Below are positions 40,929-51,848 of a stretch of DNA of 64,000 nt, piece by piece. Location: contig CAVZQC010000001.1 of NCBI GenBank assembly GCA_963777315.1, positions 32,001-96,000 of the forward strand, given 5' to 3'. A model generated the notes under the pieces. It made no database searches. It saw nothing but the letters and a program-made list of their open reading frames with translations, and was not told the DNA's origin. The position numbers were made by a program, and so were the translations under genes. The DNA is from Vulcanimicrobiota bacterium. Its GTDB lineage: Bacteria > Vulcanimicrobiota > Vulcanimicrobiia > Vulcanimicrobiales > Vulcanimicrobiaceae. The stretch's first letter is position 1; every line of letters begins with the position of its first letter.

Positions 40929-42676
40929 TTGCCAACCGCGGTGAGATCGCGGTGCGCATTCTGCGCACGGCGCGCGAAATGGGAATCCGCACCGTCGCAG
41001 TGTATTCCGAGATCGATCGCGACGCACTGCACGTTCGCATGGCCGACGAAGCCTATCTTCTCGGACCGGCGGCAGCTTCGCAGAGCTACTTGAATATCGC
41101 GCGATTGCTGGAAGCGGCCGCATCCTCGGGCGCGCAGGGCGTCCATCCCGGTTACGGGTTCCTTGCGGAAAACGCGGCGTTTGCACGCGATGTCGTCACC
41201 GCGGGTCTGGCGTGGATCGGTCCGCATCCCGCAGCTATCGAGGCCATGGGCGACAAAGTGCGCGCCCGTCAAGCGATGGTCGCGGCCGGCGTGCCCGTCG
41301 TGCCGGGCGGCACGCAGCCCATCGAGAACGAATCCCAAGCCGCGGCGGCGGCCGAGCGGTACGGGCTGCCCCTTGCGCTCAAAGCCTCGGGCGGCGGAGG
41401 CGGCAAAGGCTTAAAGGTAGCGCATGCGTTGTCGGAGTTGCCGTCGGCGCTGGCTACCGCGCGGCGCGAGGCCGTTGCGTATTTCAACAACGGCACCATA
41501 TACGCCGAACGCTATCTGGACAACCCCAAACACGTCGAGCTGCAGATATTGGCCGACAAGCACGGTACGGTGCTGCACGTCGGCGAGCGCGACTGCTCGC
41601 TGCAGCGCCGGCACCAAAAGCTCTGGGAAGAAGCTCCTGCAACGATTCCGCAAAGCGTGCGGGAAGGCATCCGTGAGGCCGGCATCCGCGCCGCCAAAGC
41701 GATCGGCTACGACAGCGTGGGCACGATAGAATGTTTGGTCAGCGGCGACGAGTTCTACTTTTTGGAAATGAACACGCGCATTCAGGTCGAGCACACGGTG
41801 ACCGAATGGATCGCGGGGATCGACCTGGTTCGCGAGCAGATCCGGGCCGCCGCGGGAGAACCGCTCGGGTACTCGCAGGACGACATCGCGTTTCGCGGCC
41901 ACGCAATCGAAGGCCGCGTCAACGCAGAGGATCCGGCGCAGCAGTTTCGGCCGGCCCCCGGGACGGTGACGACATACCGGGAACCCTCCGGTCCCGGCGT
42001 GCGAATCGATTCGGCCGCCTATCCGGGCTTTACCGTAACGCCCGACTACGATTCGATGATCGCCAAGCTCGTCGTATGGGCGCCGACGCGCGCTCGAGCC
42101 ATAGCCCGCATGCGCAGAGCGATCGACGAATACGAGATCGGAGGCGTGTCCACGACGCTGCCGCTTTTGCGCGCGTTGTGCGACGAGCAGACGGTGCTGG
42201 ACGCCACGTACGGAACGTCTACGCTCGAGCCGTTTGCCGCGGCACGTTTTCCGGCGGACTCACGCGAGCCGGAGGATGCTCGCGCACCGGCCGTCGCAAG
42301 CCGCGATGCTCAGCCCCCGGAAATACGGGTGGAGGTGAACGACAAACTCTACCGGGTGCGTTTGTTTGACCCGCCGTCAGGCAACGCCGCTTTGCCGCAC
42401 CATCGACCCGCGGCCCGCCGCATGGTGCAAAAGGACCGTTCGGTCACTGCGAGCGGCAACGACGTCGTTTCACCGATGCACGGCGTCGTCGTCGAGGTCT
42501 CGGTCAAGCAGGGAGACGCGATCGAACAAGGGCAGATCGTGGCTGTGATCGAGGCGATGAAAATGATGAATGAAGTTCGCGCTCATAAATCGGGAATCGC
42601 GGGCGCGATTCACGTCAAAGCCGGCGATACGGTCGAGGCGCATTCCTCGATCGCGACGATCCGAGCGCAGGTTTAA
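40910..42676 (+). CDS. Acetyl/propionyl-CoA carboxylase alpha subunit (biotin carboxylase plus carrier domain)
   Basis: [43 protein letters not shown]. Confidence 0.95.
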   Translation: MFDKILIANRGEIAVRILRTAREMGIRTVAVYSEIDRDALHVRMADEAYLLGPAAASQSYLNIARLLEAAASSGAQGVHPGYGFLAENAAFARDVVTAGLAWIGPHPAAIEAMGDKVRARQAMVAAGVPVVPGGTQPIENESQAAAAAERYGLPLALKASGGGGGKGLKVAHALSELPSALATARREAVAYFNNGTIYAERYLDNPKHVELQILADKHGTVLHVGERDCSLQRRHQKLWEEAPATIPQSVREGIREAGIRAAKAIGYDSVGTIECLVSGDEFYFLEMNTRIQVEHTVTEWIAGIDLVREQIRAAAGEPLGYSQDDIAFRGHAIEGRVNAEDPAQQFRPAPGTVTTYREPSGPGVRIDSAAYPGFTVTPDYDSMIAKLVVWAPTRARAIARMRRAIDEYEIGGVSTTLPLLRALCDEQTVLDATYGTSTLEPFAAARFPADSREPEDARAPAVASRDAQPPEIRVEVNDKLYRVRLFDPPSGNAALPHHRPAARRMVQKDRSVTASGNDVVSPMHGVVVEVSVKQGDAIEQGQIVAVIEAMKMMNEVRAHKSGIAGAIHVKAGDTVEAHSSIATIRAQV

Positions 42677-42686
42677 CGACCCTGCC

Positions 42687-44267
42687 ATGGCCCGTAGCAC
42701 AAACGGCAGCGGAATTCCAATCGAACCGGTCTACGACCGCGTGGAAGGCGCCTCGCATGCCGCTCACGAGCCCGGCACCTTTCCGTTTACGCGCGGCGTG
42801 CGCAAAGACATGTACCGCGGCAGGCTGTGGACGATGCGCCAGTATGCCGGTTTCGCGACCGCCACCCAGTCCAACGCGCGCTACCGCTATTTGCTCGAGC
42901 GCGGCACGACGGGTTTGTCCGTGGCTTTCGATTTGCCTACGCAGCTGGGTTACGATTCCGACGCTGCGGCCGCGCGCGGGGAAGTGGGCAAAGTCGGTGT
43001 CGCCATCGACGGCGTTGCGGACATGGAGACGCTGCTGGCCGACATCCCGCTCGAGCGCGTTACCATTTCCATGACGATCAACGCGCCCGCCTCCATAATT
43101 CTCTCCATGTACCTGGCCGTCGCGCGCCGGCGCGGCATCCCGTTCGAGCGGTTGGGCGGGACGGTGCAGAACGACGTGCTCAAAGAATACGTGGCGCGCG
43201 GCACCTATATTTACCCGCCCAAACCGTCGATGCGTTTGGTCACCGACGTGATGTCGTACTGCGCGGCGCACGTACCGCAGTGGAATACGATTTCGATATC
43301 GGGCTACCACATCCGCGAAGCCGGCTCGACGGCTCTGGAAGAACTCGCGTTTACCCTCTCCAACGCCAAAGCGTATCTGCACGCGGCGCGAGCCGCCGGG
43401 ATCGACGTGAACGCAGTTGCACCGCGCATCTCGTTTTTTTGGAACGCGCACAACGACGTGTTCGAGGAGATCGCGAAGTTTCGCGCGGCCCGGTATCTTT
43501 GGGCTCACATCACGCGCGACGAATTCGGCTGCACCGATCCGCGCGCGCAGATGCTGCGGTTTCACGCGCAAACGGCCGGCTCGACCCTCACCGCGCAGGA
43601 GCCCGACAACAACGTCGTGCGTGTAACGCTGCAGGCGCTGGCCGCCGTGCTGGGCGGCGCTCAATCCCTTCACACCAACGGCAAAGACGAGGCCTTGGCG
43701 CTTCCCACGGCCCAGGCGGCGAAGCTCGCGCTGCGCACGCAGCAGATAATCGCCTACGAGAGCGGCGTCGCCGACGTCGTCGACCCGCTGGCGGGCTCTT
43801 TTTACGTGGAATCGCTCACGAACGAGCTTATCGAGCGCGCGCGCGCGCTCATCGAACAAGTCGACGAGTTGGGCGGCAGCATTGCGGCGATCGAGAGCGG
43901 TTGGATGCAGGCGCGTATTGCCGACTCGGCCTATCGCGCGCAGCAGACGATCGAAAACGGCGAGCAGATCGTCGTGGGCGTCAACGCCTTTACCGATCCG
44001 CAGTCCGAGCAAACTGCCATCGCGCTCCAGCGCGTGGGGGAATCGGTGGAACGCGATCAGGTCTCCCGTCTGGCGGCTGCGCGCGCTTCGCGCGACGATG
44101 CGTTGACGGCCCAGCGCCTGGAGCGAGTGCGCGAGACGGCCCGAGCGGGGCGTAATCTGATGCCGTCCTTCATCGATGCCGTCGATGCGGGCGCCACCTT
44201 GGGGGAAGTCTGCGACGTTCTGCGCGACGTGTTCGGGGTCTATCGCGCGCCGCAAGCGATAGCCTGA
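42687..44267 (+). CDS. Methylmalonyl-CoA mutase substrate-binding subunit (no B12-binding domain)
   Basis: [49 protein letters not shown]; ends [14 protein letters not shown]. Confidence 0.93.
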   Translation: MARSTNGSGIPIEPVYDRVEGASHAAHEPGTFPFTRGVRKDMYRGRLWTMRQYAGFATATQSNARYRYLLERGTTGLSVAFDLPTQLGYDSDAAAARGEVGKVGVAIDGVADMETLLADIPLERVTISMTINAPASIILSMYLAVARRRGIPFERLGGTVQNDVLKEYVARGTYIYPPKPSMRLVTDVMSYCAAHVPQWNTISISGYHIREAGSTALEELAFTLSNAKAYLHAARAAGIDVNAVAPRISFFWNAHNDVFEEIAKFRAARYLWAHITRDEFGCTDPRAQMLRFHAQTAGSTLTAQEPDNNVVRVTLQALAAVLGGAQSLHTNGKDEALALPTAQAAKLALRTQQIIAYESGVADVVDPLAGSFYVESLTNELIERARALIEQVDELGGSIAAIESGWMQARIADSAYRAQQTIENGEQIVVGVNAFTDPQSEQTAIALQRVGESVERDQVSRLAAARASRDDALTAQRLERVRETARAGRNLMPSFIDAVDAGATLGEVCDVLRDVFGVYRAPQAIA

Positions 44268-44689
44268 TGGTGCTCGATCACGTAGCCATCGTCGTCAAGG
44301 ACTTGGAAGGCGCGATACGCCTGTACGCGACCACGCTCGGATTTCATCAAGCGTATCGGGAAACGATCTCCGAACAGGGCGTCGAGGCCGTCGGCATGCA
44401 GGCCGGGGAATCCATCGTCGAGCTGCTGCGCCCGTTGAACGAAGATTCGCCCATAGCGCGATACCGCGGCCAAGCGCAGACGAAACTGCATCACACGGCA
44501 TATCGCGTCGAAAACCTCGTAAGCGAGCTCGCGCGCCTAAAGAGTGCCGGCGTTCAGCTCATCGACGAGCGCCCGCGCAAAGGCGCGCACGGCAATACGA
44601 TTGCGTTCCTGCACCCAAAGAGCACGGGCGGCGTGCTGATCGAACTTTGCGAGCCTAGTATGGAACGCCGCTCTCGCGGCGTTGTTTGA
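44267..44689 (+). CDS. mce: Methylmalonyl-CoA epimerase
   Basis: LDHVAIVV, EQGV, LHHTAY, FLHPKSTGGVLIEL. Confidence 0.93.
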   Translation: MVLDHVAIVVKDLEGAIRLYATTLGFHQAYRETISEQGVEAVGMQAGESIVELLRPLNEDSPIARYRGQAQTKLHHTAYRVENLVSELARLKSAGVQLIDERPRKGAHGNTIAFLHPKSTGGVLIELCEPSMERRSRGVV

Positions 44690-45230
44690 GCGCCTCCATG
44701 TACCAAATGAACTCGTCGAAGAAGCGCGCGTTGCGATCGCGAAAACGGCTGTCCGTGGGCTCGCCGTCCGGAGTAAACGACTCGCCGACGTTGGGAATGG
44801 GCAGCAGCGACGGGATCGACGGCATGCCCAGTTCGGCCAAGGTCATGCGCAGCTGCATAGCGGCCCGCACGCCCCCGAAACGGCCGCCGGAGTAGCAGAC
44901 GATGCCTGACGGCCGCCAAAAGTATTCTTCCAGGAAATAATCCAGCAGGTTCTTGAGTGCCGGCGGAATGCCGTTGTTGTACTCGCCGCTCACAATGGCA
45001 AAGCCGTCGGCTCGGCGGTAGATTCCCGCCAGCTCTTCGAGCATTGCCGGCGCCTGCCCCGACGGATAATCGGAGTATTGCTTTTCCAATAGCGGCAAAC
45101 GGTATTCTACCGGATCGATCAGCGTGGCCGCGCATCCGCGGCGCTGCAATTCGTCCACGATGAATCGTGCTGCTTTGATCCCCTGGCGCTCGACCCGAAC
45201 CGAGCCGAATAGTACTGCTACTTCCAACAT
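44655..45230 (-). CDS. NADPH-dependent FMN reductase
   Basis: GSVR, EYNNGIPPALKNLLD, YSGGRFGGVRA. Confidence 0.9.
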   Translation of the reverse strand: MLEVAVLFGSVRVERQGIKAARFIVDELQRRGCAATLIDPVEYRLPLLEKQYSDYPSGQAPAMLEELAGIYRRADGFAIVSGEYNNGIPPALKNLLDYFLEEYFWRPSGIVCYSGGRFGGVRAAMQLRMTLAELGMPSIPSLLPIPNVGESFTPDGEPTDSRFRDRNARFFDEFIWYMEALKQRRESGVPY

Positions 45231-45241
45231 TTACGGTCTTG

Positions 45242-46168
45242 TTAAGGACCGCTGCCCGAAACCTCGCGCACCTCTTGCGCGAGCAGGTCCTCGTTGAGCG
45301 CCATCGCGGCGCACACGCCGCTGGCAGCGGCGAGCACCACTTGGTGAACGGACGTCACCGCATCTCCGGCCGCATAGCATCCCTGCACGTTCGTTCGCCC
45401 GCGTTCGTCGATTTCGATCTCGCCGTCCGCGCGCAAACGGCATCCCAACATTTCCACCAGCGGATATCGCGCCCGCAGCGGCGCGCACAAAAATGCCGCA
45501 TCACAACGCTCGGGTTCGCCTTGGTCGAAATAGACGCGCTCGAGCGCACGTCCTTCGCCGCGAAACGAAACTACCGTCGCGGAACGTACCGGAAGTTTCG
45601 TGGCGGCAAGCCAGCGCCTATCGTCGCTCGTGAGATCGTCGGTTCCCTGCGTGCATATCAGAATATCGTCGCTCCACTGGCGCAGCTCTTGCGCCAGCTC
45701 GACGGCTTTGCGGCCTTTCCCGACGATCGCCAGACGCTTTCCGCGCATTTCCCAACCGTCACAGTACGGACAGACGAACACGCTGGTTCCCCAGCGTTCC
45801 GCCAGGCCGGCAATGGCCGGAAGCGTGTCGTAAACGCCGGTCGCAAGCACGATGCGGCGGCCCGTGAATTGCTCGCCGCGCTCGTCGCGCGCCGTAAAGG
45901 CGGTTTCCTCGCGAGCGGCATGCACGATGCGCGTGCGCACGAAGCGCACCGAACGATAATTTTCGAGCTCCTGCCGTGCGGCGGCGAGCAAATCCTGCGG
46001 CGGCATGCCGTCGCGCGAAAGAAATCCGTGCATGCGATTTGCCACGGCGTTGCGCGGGCGCCCTTCATCGCACACCACGACTCTGCGGCACGACCGTCCC
46101 AGAATCAGCGCGGCGCTCAAGCCCGCGGCTCCTCCTCCCACCACGATTGCGTCGTACGGCTCATCCAT
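45242..46168 (-). CDS. Thioredoxin reductase-like FAD oxidoreductase
   Basis: GGGAAGLSAA, LATG, CPYCDGWE, YAAGD. Confidence 0.9.
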   Translation of the reverse strand: MDEPYDAIVVGGGAAGLSAALILGRSCRRVVVCDEGRPRNAVANRMHGFLSRDGMPPQDLLAAARQELENYRSVRFVRTRIVHAAREETAFTARDERGEQFTGRRIVLATGVYDTLPAIAGLAERWGTSVFVCPYCDGWEMRGKRLAIVGKGRKAVELAQELRQWSDDILICTQGTDDLTSDDRRWLAATKLPVRSATVVSFRGEGRALERVYFDQGEPERCDAAFLCAPLRARYPLVEMLGCRLRADGEIEIDERGRTNVQGCYAAGDAVTSVHQVVLAAASGVCAAMALNEDLLAQEVREVSGSGP

Positions 46169-46208
46169 AAAGGCAAAGTTACCCGCGTTTGCCGAAAATG
46201 CATTGCCG

Positions 46209-47129
46209 ATGCCTCGCAGGAGAAAGCGCAAGCGCCCCTTCAACGCTGCGCCGCTTCTGCTCGCGGCCTTGGTTTTGGCCGCACTGGTTGCGTGGGCGAT
46301 CTACCCTAGACCGCGACCGCATCGGCATTCCGCATCATCGCATGCGCGCGCCATAGCGACTCCGGTCGTCGCGCAGGCGTCACCCGTGCCGACTCCAGCG
46401 GCGCAAACCAGCGCGAGCGCGCCTTCGTCCCCCACAGCAGCGCCGGCGGCCTCGCCGACGCCCGGCGCTTTGGCCGGACAAGTCGCCATCATTATCGACG
46501 ATTGCGGTCAGTGGCCCCAGATCGAGCGCGGCTACATCGCGCTGCCGATTCCGCTCACGCTCTCGGTTCTGCCGCACGTCCGTTACACTGCAGAGATCGC
46601 GCGCGAAGCTGCCGATTCCGGCAAAGGCGTCATGCTGCACCTGCCGATGGAGCCGCTTTCCCACCTCGACCCCGGCCCGGGCGAAATCAGCACGGAGATG
46701 CCGGACGCCGCCATTACGCGGCAAACCCAAGACGACGTAGCGCAAGTTCCGCTCGCGCGGGGCGTCAACAACCACGAAGGCAGCCGGGCCAGCGCGGACG
46801 ATCGCGTCATGAAAGACGTCATGGCCGTCATCAAAGCGCACGGTCTGTTCTTCATCGACTCGCGCACCAACCCCGAAACGGTCGGCGCGCAGCAGGCGCA
46901 GGCAACTCAGGTTCCCAACGCCTCGCGCGACGTGTTTCTGGATAATCGAGCCGACGTTGCCTACACCGAGACGATGCTCGAACAGACTGCCGCCATAGCC
47001 AAGCGCAACGGCTCTGCGATCGCGATCGGGCATCCCAAGCCCACGACGCTGCAAGCGCTTCGCGCGATGTATCCGCGCATGCAGGCGCAGGGCGTGCGTT
47101 TCGTTTTGGCTTCGCAACTGGTGCGCTAG
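46209..47129 (+). CDS. Divergent polysaccharide deacetylase family protein, membrane-anchored
   Basis: AIIIDDCG, MLHLPMEP, NNHEGS, FIDSRT, RDVFLD, AIAIGHP. Confidence 0.9.
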   Translation: MPRRRKRKRPFNAAPLLLAALVLAALVAWAIYPRPRPHRHSASSHARAIATPVVAQASPVPTPAAQTSASAPSSPTAAPAASPTPGALAGQVAIIIDDCGQWPQIERGYIALPIPLTLSVLPHVRYTAEIAREAADSGKGVMLHLPMEPLSHLDPGPGEISTEMPDAAITRQTQDDVAQVPLARGVNNHEGSRASADDRVMKDVMAVIKAHGLFFIDSRTNPETVGAQQAQATQVPNASRDVFLDNRADVAYTETMLEQTAAIAKRNGSAIAIGHPKPTTLQALRAMYPRMQAQGVRFVLASQLVR

Positions 47130-48653
47130 TGCAAATCGGGTGCAAGAGCCGCATCTATCTCGGTCTCGAAGGTGCGGCTCCACGGCAGCGATATGTCGAT
47201 TGCGGCGATGTGGTATCCCGGATAGAGCTGCGGCAAAATCAATTGCGCGCGGTTCCACAACAGCGCGCGGTTCAAGGCGGCAATCGGCGCGGCTTGTTCG
47301 GGCAGCAAGTACGTGTGATCGGCGATTCCCGACGATTCAAGCGCGGCATTGAGCGCCGGCCGCACGTAGTCGTGAAATGCATAGTCGTCCACGATGCGGT
47401 TGAAGGTGAACTCTTTTTGCGCCAGCGCATCGTAGGTGCCGGCGCGCCTTCCCACGCCGGCGGCAACCGCCTGCGCAACCGCCGTTCCAACCGTATTCGC
47501 GTTCGTATTCCAGGATGCATAGGCGTCGAGCTTGCCGGCCTCGCCGGTTTGGAGCAGCCGCTGCGCGAAGAGCGCTTGATCCGCGTACGTGTTTTCCAGA
47601 AAGCTCGAGATCGGCAAAAGCGACGGATCGATGCGCGGCCTCGTCGCGCCCGATGCCGTCGAGCAAGGCGGAATCCAGAGCTGCGCCGGTGTCGGGAACG
47701 CGAACGTACAATTGAATGTCCGCCCGTGCCCGCGGAACTCTTCGGCCGCCGCACAGCGCGATGAGCCCGTCGATCGCAACGTCGATGGGCGCGTATTCCA
47801 GCGGATCGTTGAACGAGGCTCCCTCGGGAGTCGAGTAATCCACGGCAACGCGGGGCGTCCACGAAACGCTGCGCGCCAGCGCCTGCGCGACCATCGCCAT
47901 GCCGAGCTCGTCGGCTCCCGGTTCGATTGCAACTCTGTCGCCGACGTTCTGCTGCTGCACGGCAGACTGCAAAGCCCGTACGTCCTTCAAGTGCAGCCCA
48001 AACGGTCCGGCATCGTCCTGGCCCAGCACCAGCGTATCGATCGCGCCGCTTTGCGTCACGTCGATCTCGCGCAAATCCACGGCCAGGTTGCGCTCACGGG
48101 TATCGAGGTACGCCTGCAAGACGGGTTTCCCAATCAGATCGCGCAGATGCCGGGCTCGCTCCAGCTCGGAAGGCAGCGGCGGGTCGTGCAGGTTTGCGTA
48201 GTCTTGAAGATATTGCCACAGCGGATAAGGAGCAAAGAACTTCGCGGCCGGCCCGACATCCGGAATTCCGGTCGGGGCCAAACGCATGATCGTGCCGAAC
48301 GCGCCGATCCACGCGCGGGGATGCTGCCGGCGCAGCTGCGTGAATTCATTCAATCGAAAATATGCGTCGGAATAGGTGACGCCGGGCACGCGCGAGGCGA
48401 TCAAACCGCCGTACGCGAGCATGTCGGCGGATATGACGAATGCGTTCGAGCCGCGCGCCGATTGCGCGTTGAGCCACGCAATGATCCGGTCGGGTTTCCC
48501 GGCCAGCAGGTAGTTGCCCAGCAGGGGGCGCGGCGGTTCGACGACGGTTTGGCCCGCTATCCGCCCGAGCATTTGCGGAAGCTGGCGCGTCACGGGGCGA
48601 TCGTCGAGCGGAACGAAGGTGACGAGTGAAAAAATCAGCGCCGCAACATGCAT
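47126..48653 (-). CDS. DUF4127 family protein; apparent +1 frameshift near 47607
   Basis: PLDDRP, DMLAYGGLIASR, IMR, GQDD, PGADE in one frame; YASWNTNANTVG in the next. Confidence 0.8.
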
Positions 48654-48677
48654 CGAGTCGCGGCGCTTTTCGCGTCG

Positions 48678-48845
48678 TTACACCGTGGCGCCTCGTCCCC
48701 TCACAAGATTGACGAACAGCAGCACGACGGCGATCGCAAACAGAATCCAAATCCAGCCGGCTAAGAAATGCAGGATCAGTCCCGCTATCCAGATGGCAAA
48801 CAGGATCACGATGATGGTCCACAGGATTCCGGCGAGAGCGGCCAT
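48678..48845 (-). CDS. Small membrane protein (lmo0937/DUF5670-like)
   Basis: 55 aa, two hydrophobic helices LWTIIVILFAIW...; AAGGAGG RBS. Confidence 0.75.
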   Translation of the reverse strand: MAALAGILWTIIVILFAIWIAGLILHFLAGWIWILFAIAVVLLFVNLVRGRGATV

Positions 48846-48924
48846 TACTTTCCTCCTTCTGCGCACGCTGGTGCGCTAGTCGTAAGAGATATACCCAGCG
48901 CGCCCGGACTACGCTTCCGCGCGA

Positions 48925-49812
48925 TCATGCCTCCAAACTGCGCCGCAGCGAGCCCTCGTTTGCCGTCAGAAGCGCGCGCGCCGCGGCGGCATCGAGGTTT
49001 TTTGCGTTCATCACCACTGCGAGTTTCACGTTGCCTTCCGCCAAACGCAGCAGTTCGGCCGCCCGATGTTCGTTCGCGCGCGCGAGCTGCATGACCAGGC
49101 GAAGCGCGCGGCCGCGCAGTTTGGCATTCGTCGCGACGACGTCGACCATGAGATTGTCGTGGACTTTTCCCAGCCGCACCATCGTGGCGGTCGAAAGCGT
49201 ATTGAGAAAAATTTTCTGTGCGGTTCCGGCCTTCAATCGGGTCGAGCCCGTCAGCGGTTCGGGGCCGGTCCGCAGCACGACGCCCAAATCCGCCGCACGC
49301 ACCAGCGCGCTGTGCTCGCTGTTGGCCACGCCCAGCGTCCACGCGCCGGCCGCGCGGGCTGTTTCGATTGCGCCGATTACGAAGGGTGCACCGCCGCTCG
49401 CGCTCATTGCGACGACCGCATCGGCAGCACGTACGTGATCGCGCAGCTCGCGCTCGCCAGCGGCGCGATCGTCTTCGGCGCCTTCCACCGCGCGCGTGAG
49501 TGCGCCGATTCCGCCCGCGATGTGCGCGCATATCAGCTTCGGATCGGTGCCGAAAGTCGGCGGCATTTCCGAGGCGTCCAAGAATCCCAAACGTCCGCTG
49601 GTGCCGGCGCCCACGTAATGCAGACGGCCGCCGGCGCGCAGGCGCGCTGCAATCTCGTCGACCGCGCGCGCCAGCGAATCGCTTACCCTCAGCACGGCGT
49701 CGACTGCCGCTCGCTGCTCGCCGGCCAGCACCTGCACGAGCTGCGCAGTCGGCAATGCGTCCAAATCACGCGTTCGCGGATTCGCGTGCTCGGTTTGCGG
49801 CAAATCGTTCAT
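48925..49812 (-). CDS. murQ: N-acetylmuramic acid 6-phosphate etherase
   Basis: TEHANP, GAGTSGRLGFLDASEMPPTF, EGAED, GSTRLKAGTAQK, NLMVDV. Confidence 0.96.
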   Translation of the reverse strand: MNDLPQTEHANPRTRDLDALPTAQLVQVLAGEQRAAVDAVLRVSDSLARAVDEIAARLRAGGRLHYVGAGTSGRLGFLDASEMPPTFGTDPKLICAHIAGGIGALTRAVEGAEDDRAAGERELRDHVRAADAVVAMSASGGAPFVIGAIETARAAGAWTLGVANSEHSALVRAADLGVVLRTGPEPLTGSTRLKAGTAQKIFLNTLSTATMVRLGKVHDNLMVDVVATNAKLRGRALRLVMQLARANEHRAAELLRLAEGNVKLAVVMNAKNLDAAAARALLTANEGSLRRSLEA

Positions 49813-50711
49813 CGTGAAAGTTGCTCGGCCTGGGAAAGCGCGCCCACGTAGGGCTCCACGTCGCTTTTGAGTATCGGCATCGTGGGCAACTCGTGCGAAA
49901 GCCGCGTTTCCAGCAAGAACGTCAACAAGCTGTTCTCGCGCAGCAGACCGCCGGCCAGCACGACGGGGGCCGTACCCGATGCCAGTCCGGAACGCGCCGC
50001 CAGCGCTTTGACCAGATCCGCCAGCTCGAGCGCAGCCGTTTGCAGCAACTTGTGGGCGCTGCGCTCGCCCCGGTTTGCCGCCGCGATTGCAACCGGTGCA
50101 AGCCCTGCCAGCAGCGTAACCGGGTTTGGGCTTCCGTACACGAACGCCAAGACGTCCATGGACGATCGCGCTTGCAGATGCTTTGCGATCTCCTGCGCAA
50201 ATGTATCGAGCGGTCCGCGCCGATCGTAGGCACGCAGCAGCATGCGCACCGCAGCCGAACCGATGGCAAATCCGGACCCTTCGTCTCCGAGCAGGTAGCC
50301 GTATCCGCCCGCGCGATACGCGACGCCGCCGCACTCGGCGTACGCCGCCGAACCGGTTCCGGCTATAAGCACGAGCCCGTCGCCGGCGGGAACTGCAGCA
50401 CGCAGCGCAATGCCGCCGTCATCGCGCACCGCGACGCGCGTCCCGGCAAAACGTGCCTGCAGCGACTCCTCGAGCGCGCGCGCGATCTCTTCGCGGCCTG
50501 CGCCGGCGGCGCCGACGAAGATCGCTCGCGGACGAGCGCCTTGCACCGCTTGGGCGATCGCATCCCCAATGCTTTGCGCTGCCGATTCAACGCCGCCGGA
50601 ACTCGCATTGGCGGCGTTACCGCGATGCGTACGCACAATGACTCCGTCTTGGGCCGCGGCAGCAACGGTCGACGTGCCGCCCGCGTCCACGCCGACCACT
50701 AATCCCGGCAT
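49809..50711 (-). CDS. BadF/BadG family GlcNAc/MurNAc kinase
   Basis: GVDAGGTST, LIAGTGS, GGYGYLLGDEGSG; lies between anmK and murQ. Confidence 0.85.
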   Translation of the reverse strand: MPGLVVGVDAGGTSTVAAAAQDGVIVRTHRGNAANASSGGVESAAQSIGDAIAQAVQGARPRAIFVGAAGAGREEIARALEESLQARFAGTRVAVRDDGGIALRAAVPAGDGLVLIAGTGSAAYAECGGVAYRAGGYGYLLGDEGSGFAIGSAAVRMLLRAYDRRGPLDTFAQEIAKHLQARSSMDVLAFVYGSPNPVTLLAGLAPVAIAAANRGERSAHKLLQTAALELADLVKALAARSGLASGTAPVVLAGGLLRENSLLTFLLETRLSHELPTMPILKSDVEPYVGALSQAEQLSR

Positions 50712-51847
50712 TCCGCTTGCACTTTCTCCAACAGCGCGCGCAGATCGTACGGCGCGACCGCCCCCAGCAGAGCCGCGTGCGCAGCGCCGGTTGCGCTCGG
50801 TAAGTTCGCCGCTCGGCCGCGCAGCGTTTCGTATCCCAATATTGCGAACGCAATAGCTTCTTTGGCGTCGGCGTGAAGGCCCAGCGAGTCCGACGTTTCG
50901 ACCGTAAACGCACCCAGCCGTTCGCGCAAGCCGCGAACGATTGCAGGATTGCGCGCGCCCCCTCCGCTGACGATGATGCGCGCGCCGGCAGACGCGTTCC
51001 GGCGCACCGCGTCCGCGACGGTGCCGCACGTGAGCGCAACGAGCGTGGCAGCGCCGTTTTCGATGGAAAGGTTGCCCAGCGTGCGCTCGTGCGCGCGCAA
51101 GAATTGTTCGCCGAATTGCTCGCGGCCCGTCGTTTTCGGCGGCGGCAACGCGAAATACGGATCCTGCAGCAGCGCGTCCAAGACGGCGGAGTCGACGCTG
51201 CCGCGCAGCGCCAGTTCGCCGTTGCGGTCGTACGGCAAACTTCCGCGCGAGCGCAGCCGCACGAACGCGTCGAGCAGCATGTTGCCCGGTCCGCTGTCGA
51301 ACGCTCCAACGTCCGCAAGGCCTTCCCCGCGCGGCAGTACGGTCAAATTTGCGATGCCGCCGACGTTGACGGCGACGCGGTCCTCGTTCGTGCTGCGCAG
51401 CAATAGCGCGTCGGCGTAGGGCACCAGCGGAGCCCCGTGGCCGCCCGCGGCGCAATCCGCGCTGCGAAAATCATAGCAGACCGTGGCGCGCAAACGTTCG
51501 CGAATCACGAATGCATCACCCAGCTGCAGCGTGACGTGCGCGTTTCCATCGTGCCAGACCGTTTGTCCGTGCGAGGCGACGTAATCGATCTTCGTGTCGC
51601 GCGCGGCCTCGGCCGCCGCCGACGCGAACGCTTGTCCCAGCGCATGGTGCATGTGAGCGCAGCTTGCCGCACTTCCTGCATTGGGAGGCAGCAGCCGGTG
51701 CAATCGTTCGAGTAGCTGCGGTTGGAACGCAACGGTGACGAAGTTGAGCATTTCCACGTCGTACGTCGACCGGCGCGGCCGGACGTCGACCAGCGCGGCA
51801 TCCACGCCGTCCAGCGACGTTCCGCTCATCACGCCTACCGCAACCAC
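50699..51847 (-). CDS. anmK: Anhydro-N-acetylmuramic acid kinase
   Basis: GVMSGTSLDGVD, SHGQT, DFRSAD, GAPLVP, NVGGIAN, FDSGPGN, PKTTGREQF, KEAIAFA. Confidence 0.95.
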   Translation of the reverse strand: MVAVGVMSGTSLDGVDAALVDVRPRRSTYDVEMLNFVTVAFQPQLLERLHRLLPPNAGSAASCAHMHHALGQAFASAAAEAARDTKIDYVASHGQTVWHDGNAHVTLQLGDAFVIRERLRATVCYDFRSADCAAGGHGAPLVPYADALLLRSTNEDRVAVNVGGIANLTVLPRGEGLADVGAFDSGPGNMLLDAFVRLRSRGSLPYDRNGELALRGSVDSAVLDALLQDPYFALPPPKTTGREQFGEQFLRAHERTLGNLSIENGAATLVALTCGTVADAVRRNASAGARIIVSGGGARNPAIVRGLRERLGAFTVETSDSLGLHADAKEAIAFAILGYETLRGRAANLPSATGAAHAALLGAVAPYDLRALLEKVQAECRD

Positions 51848-51848
51848 G

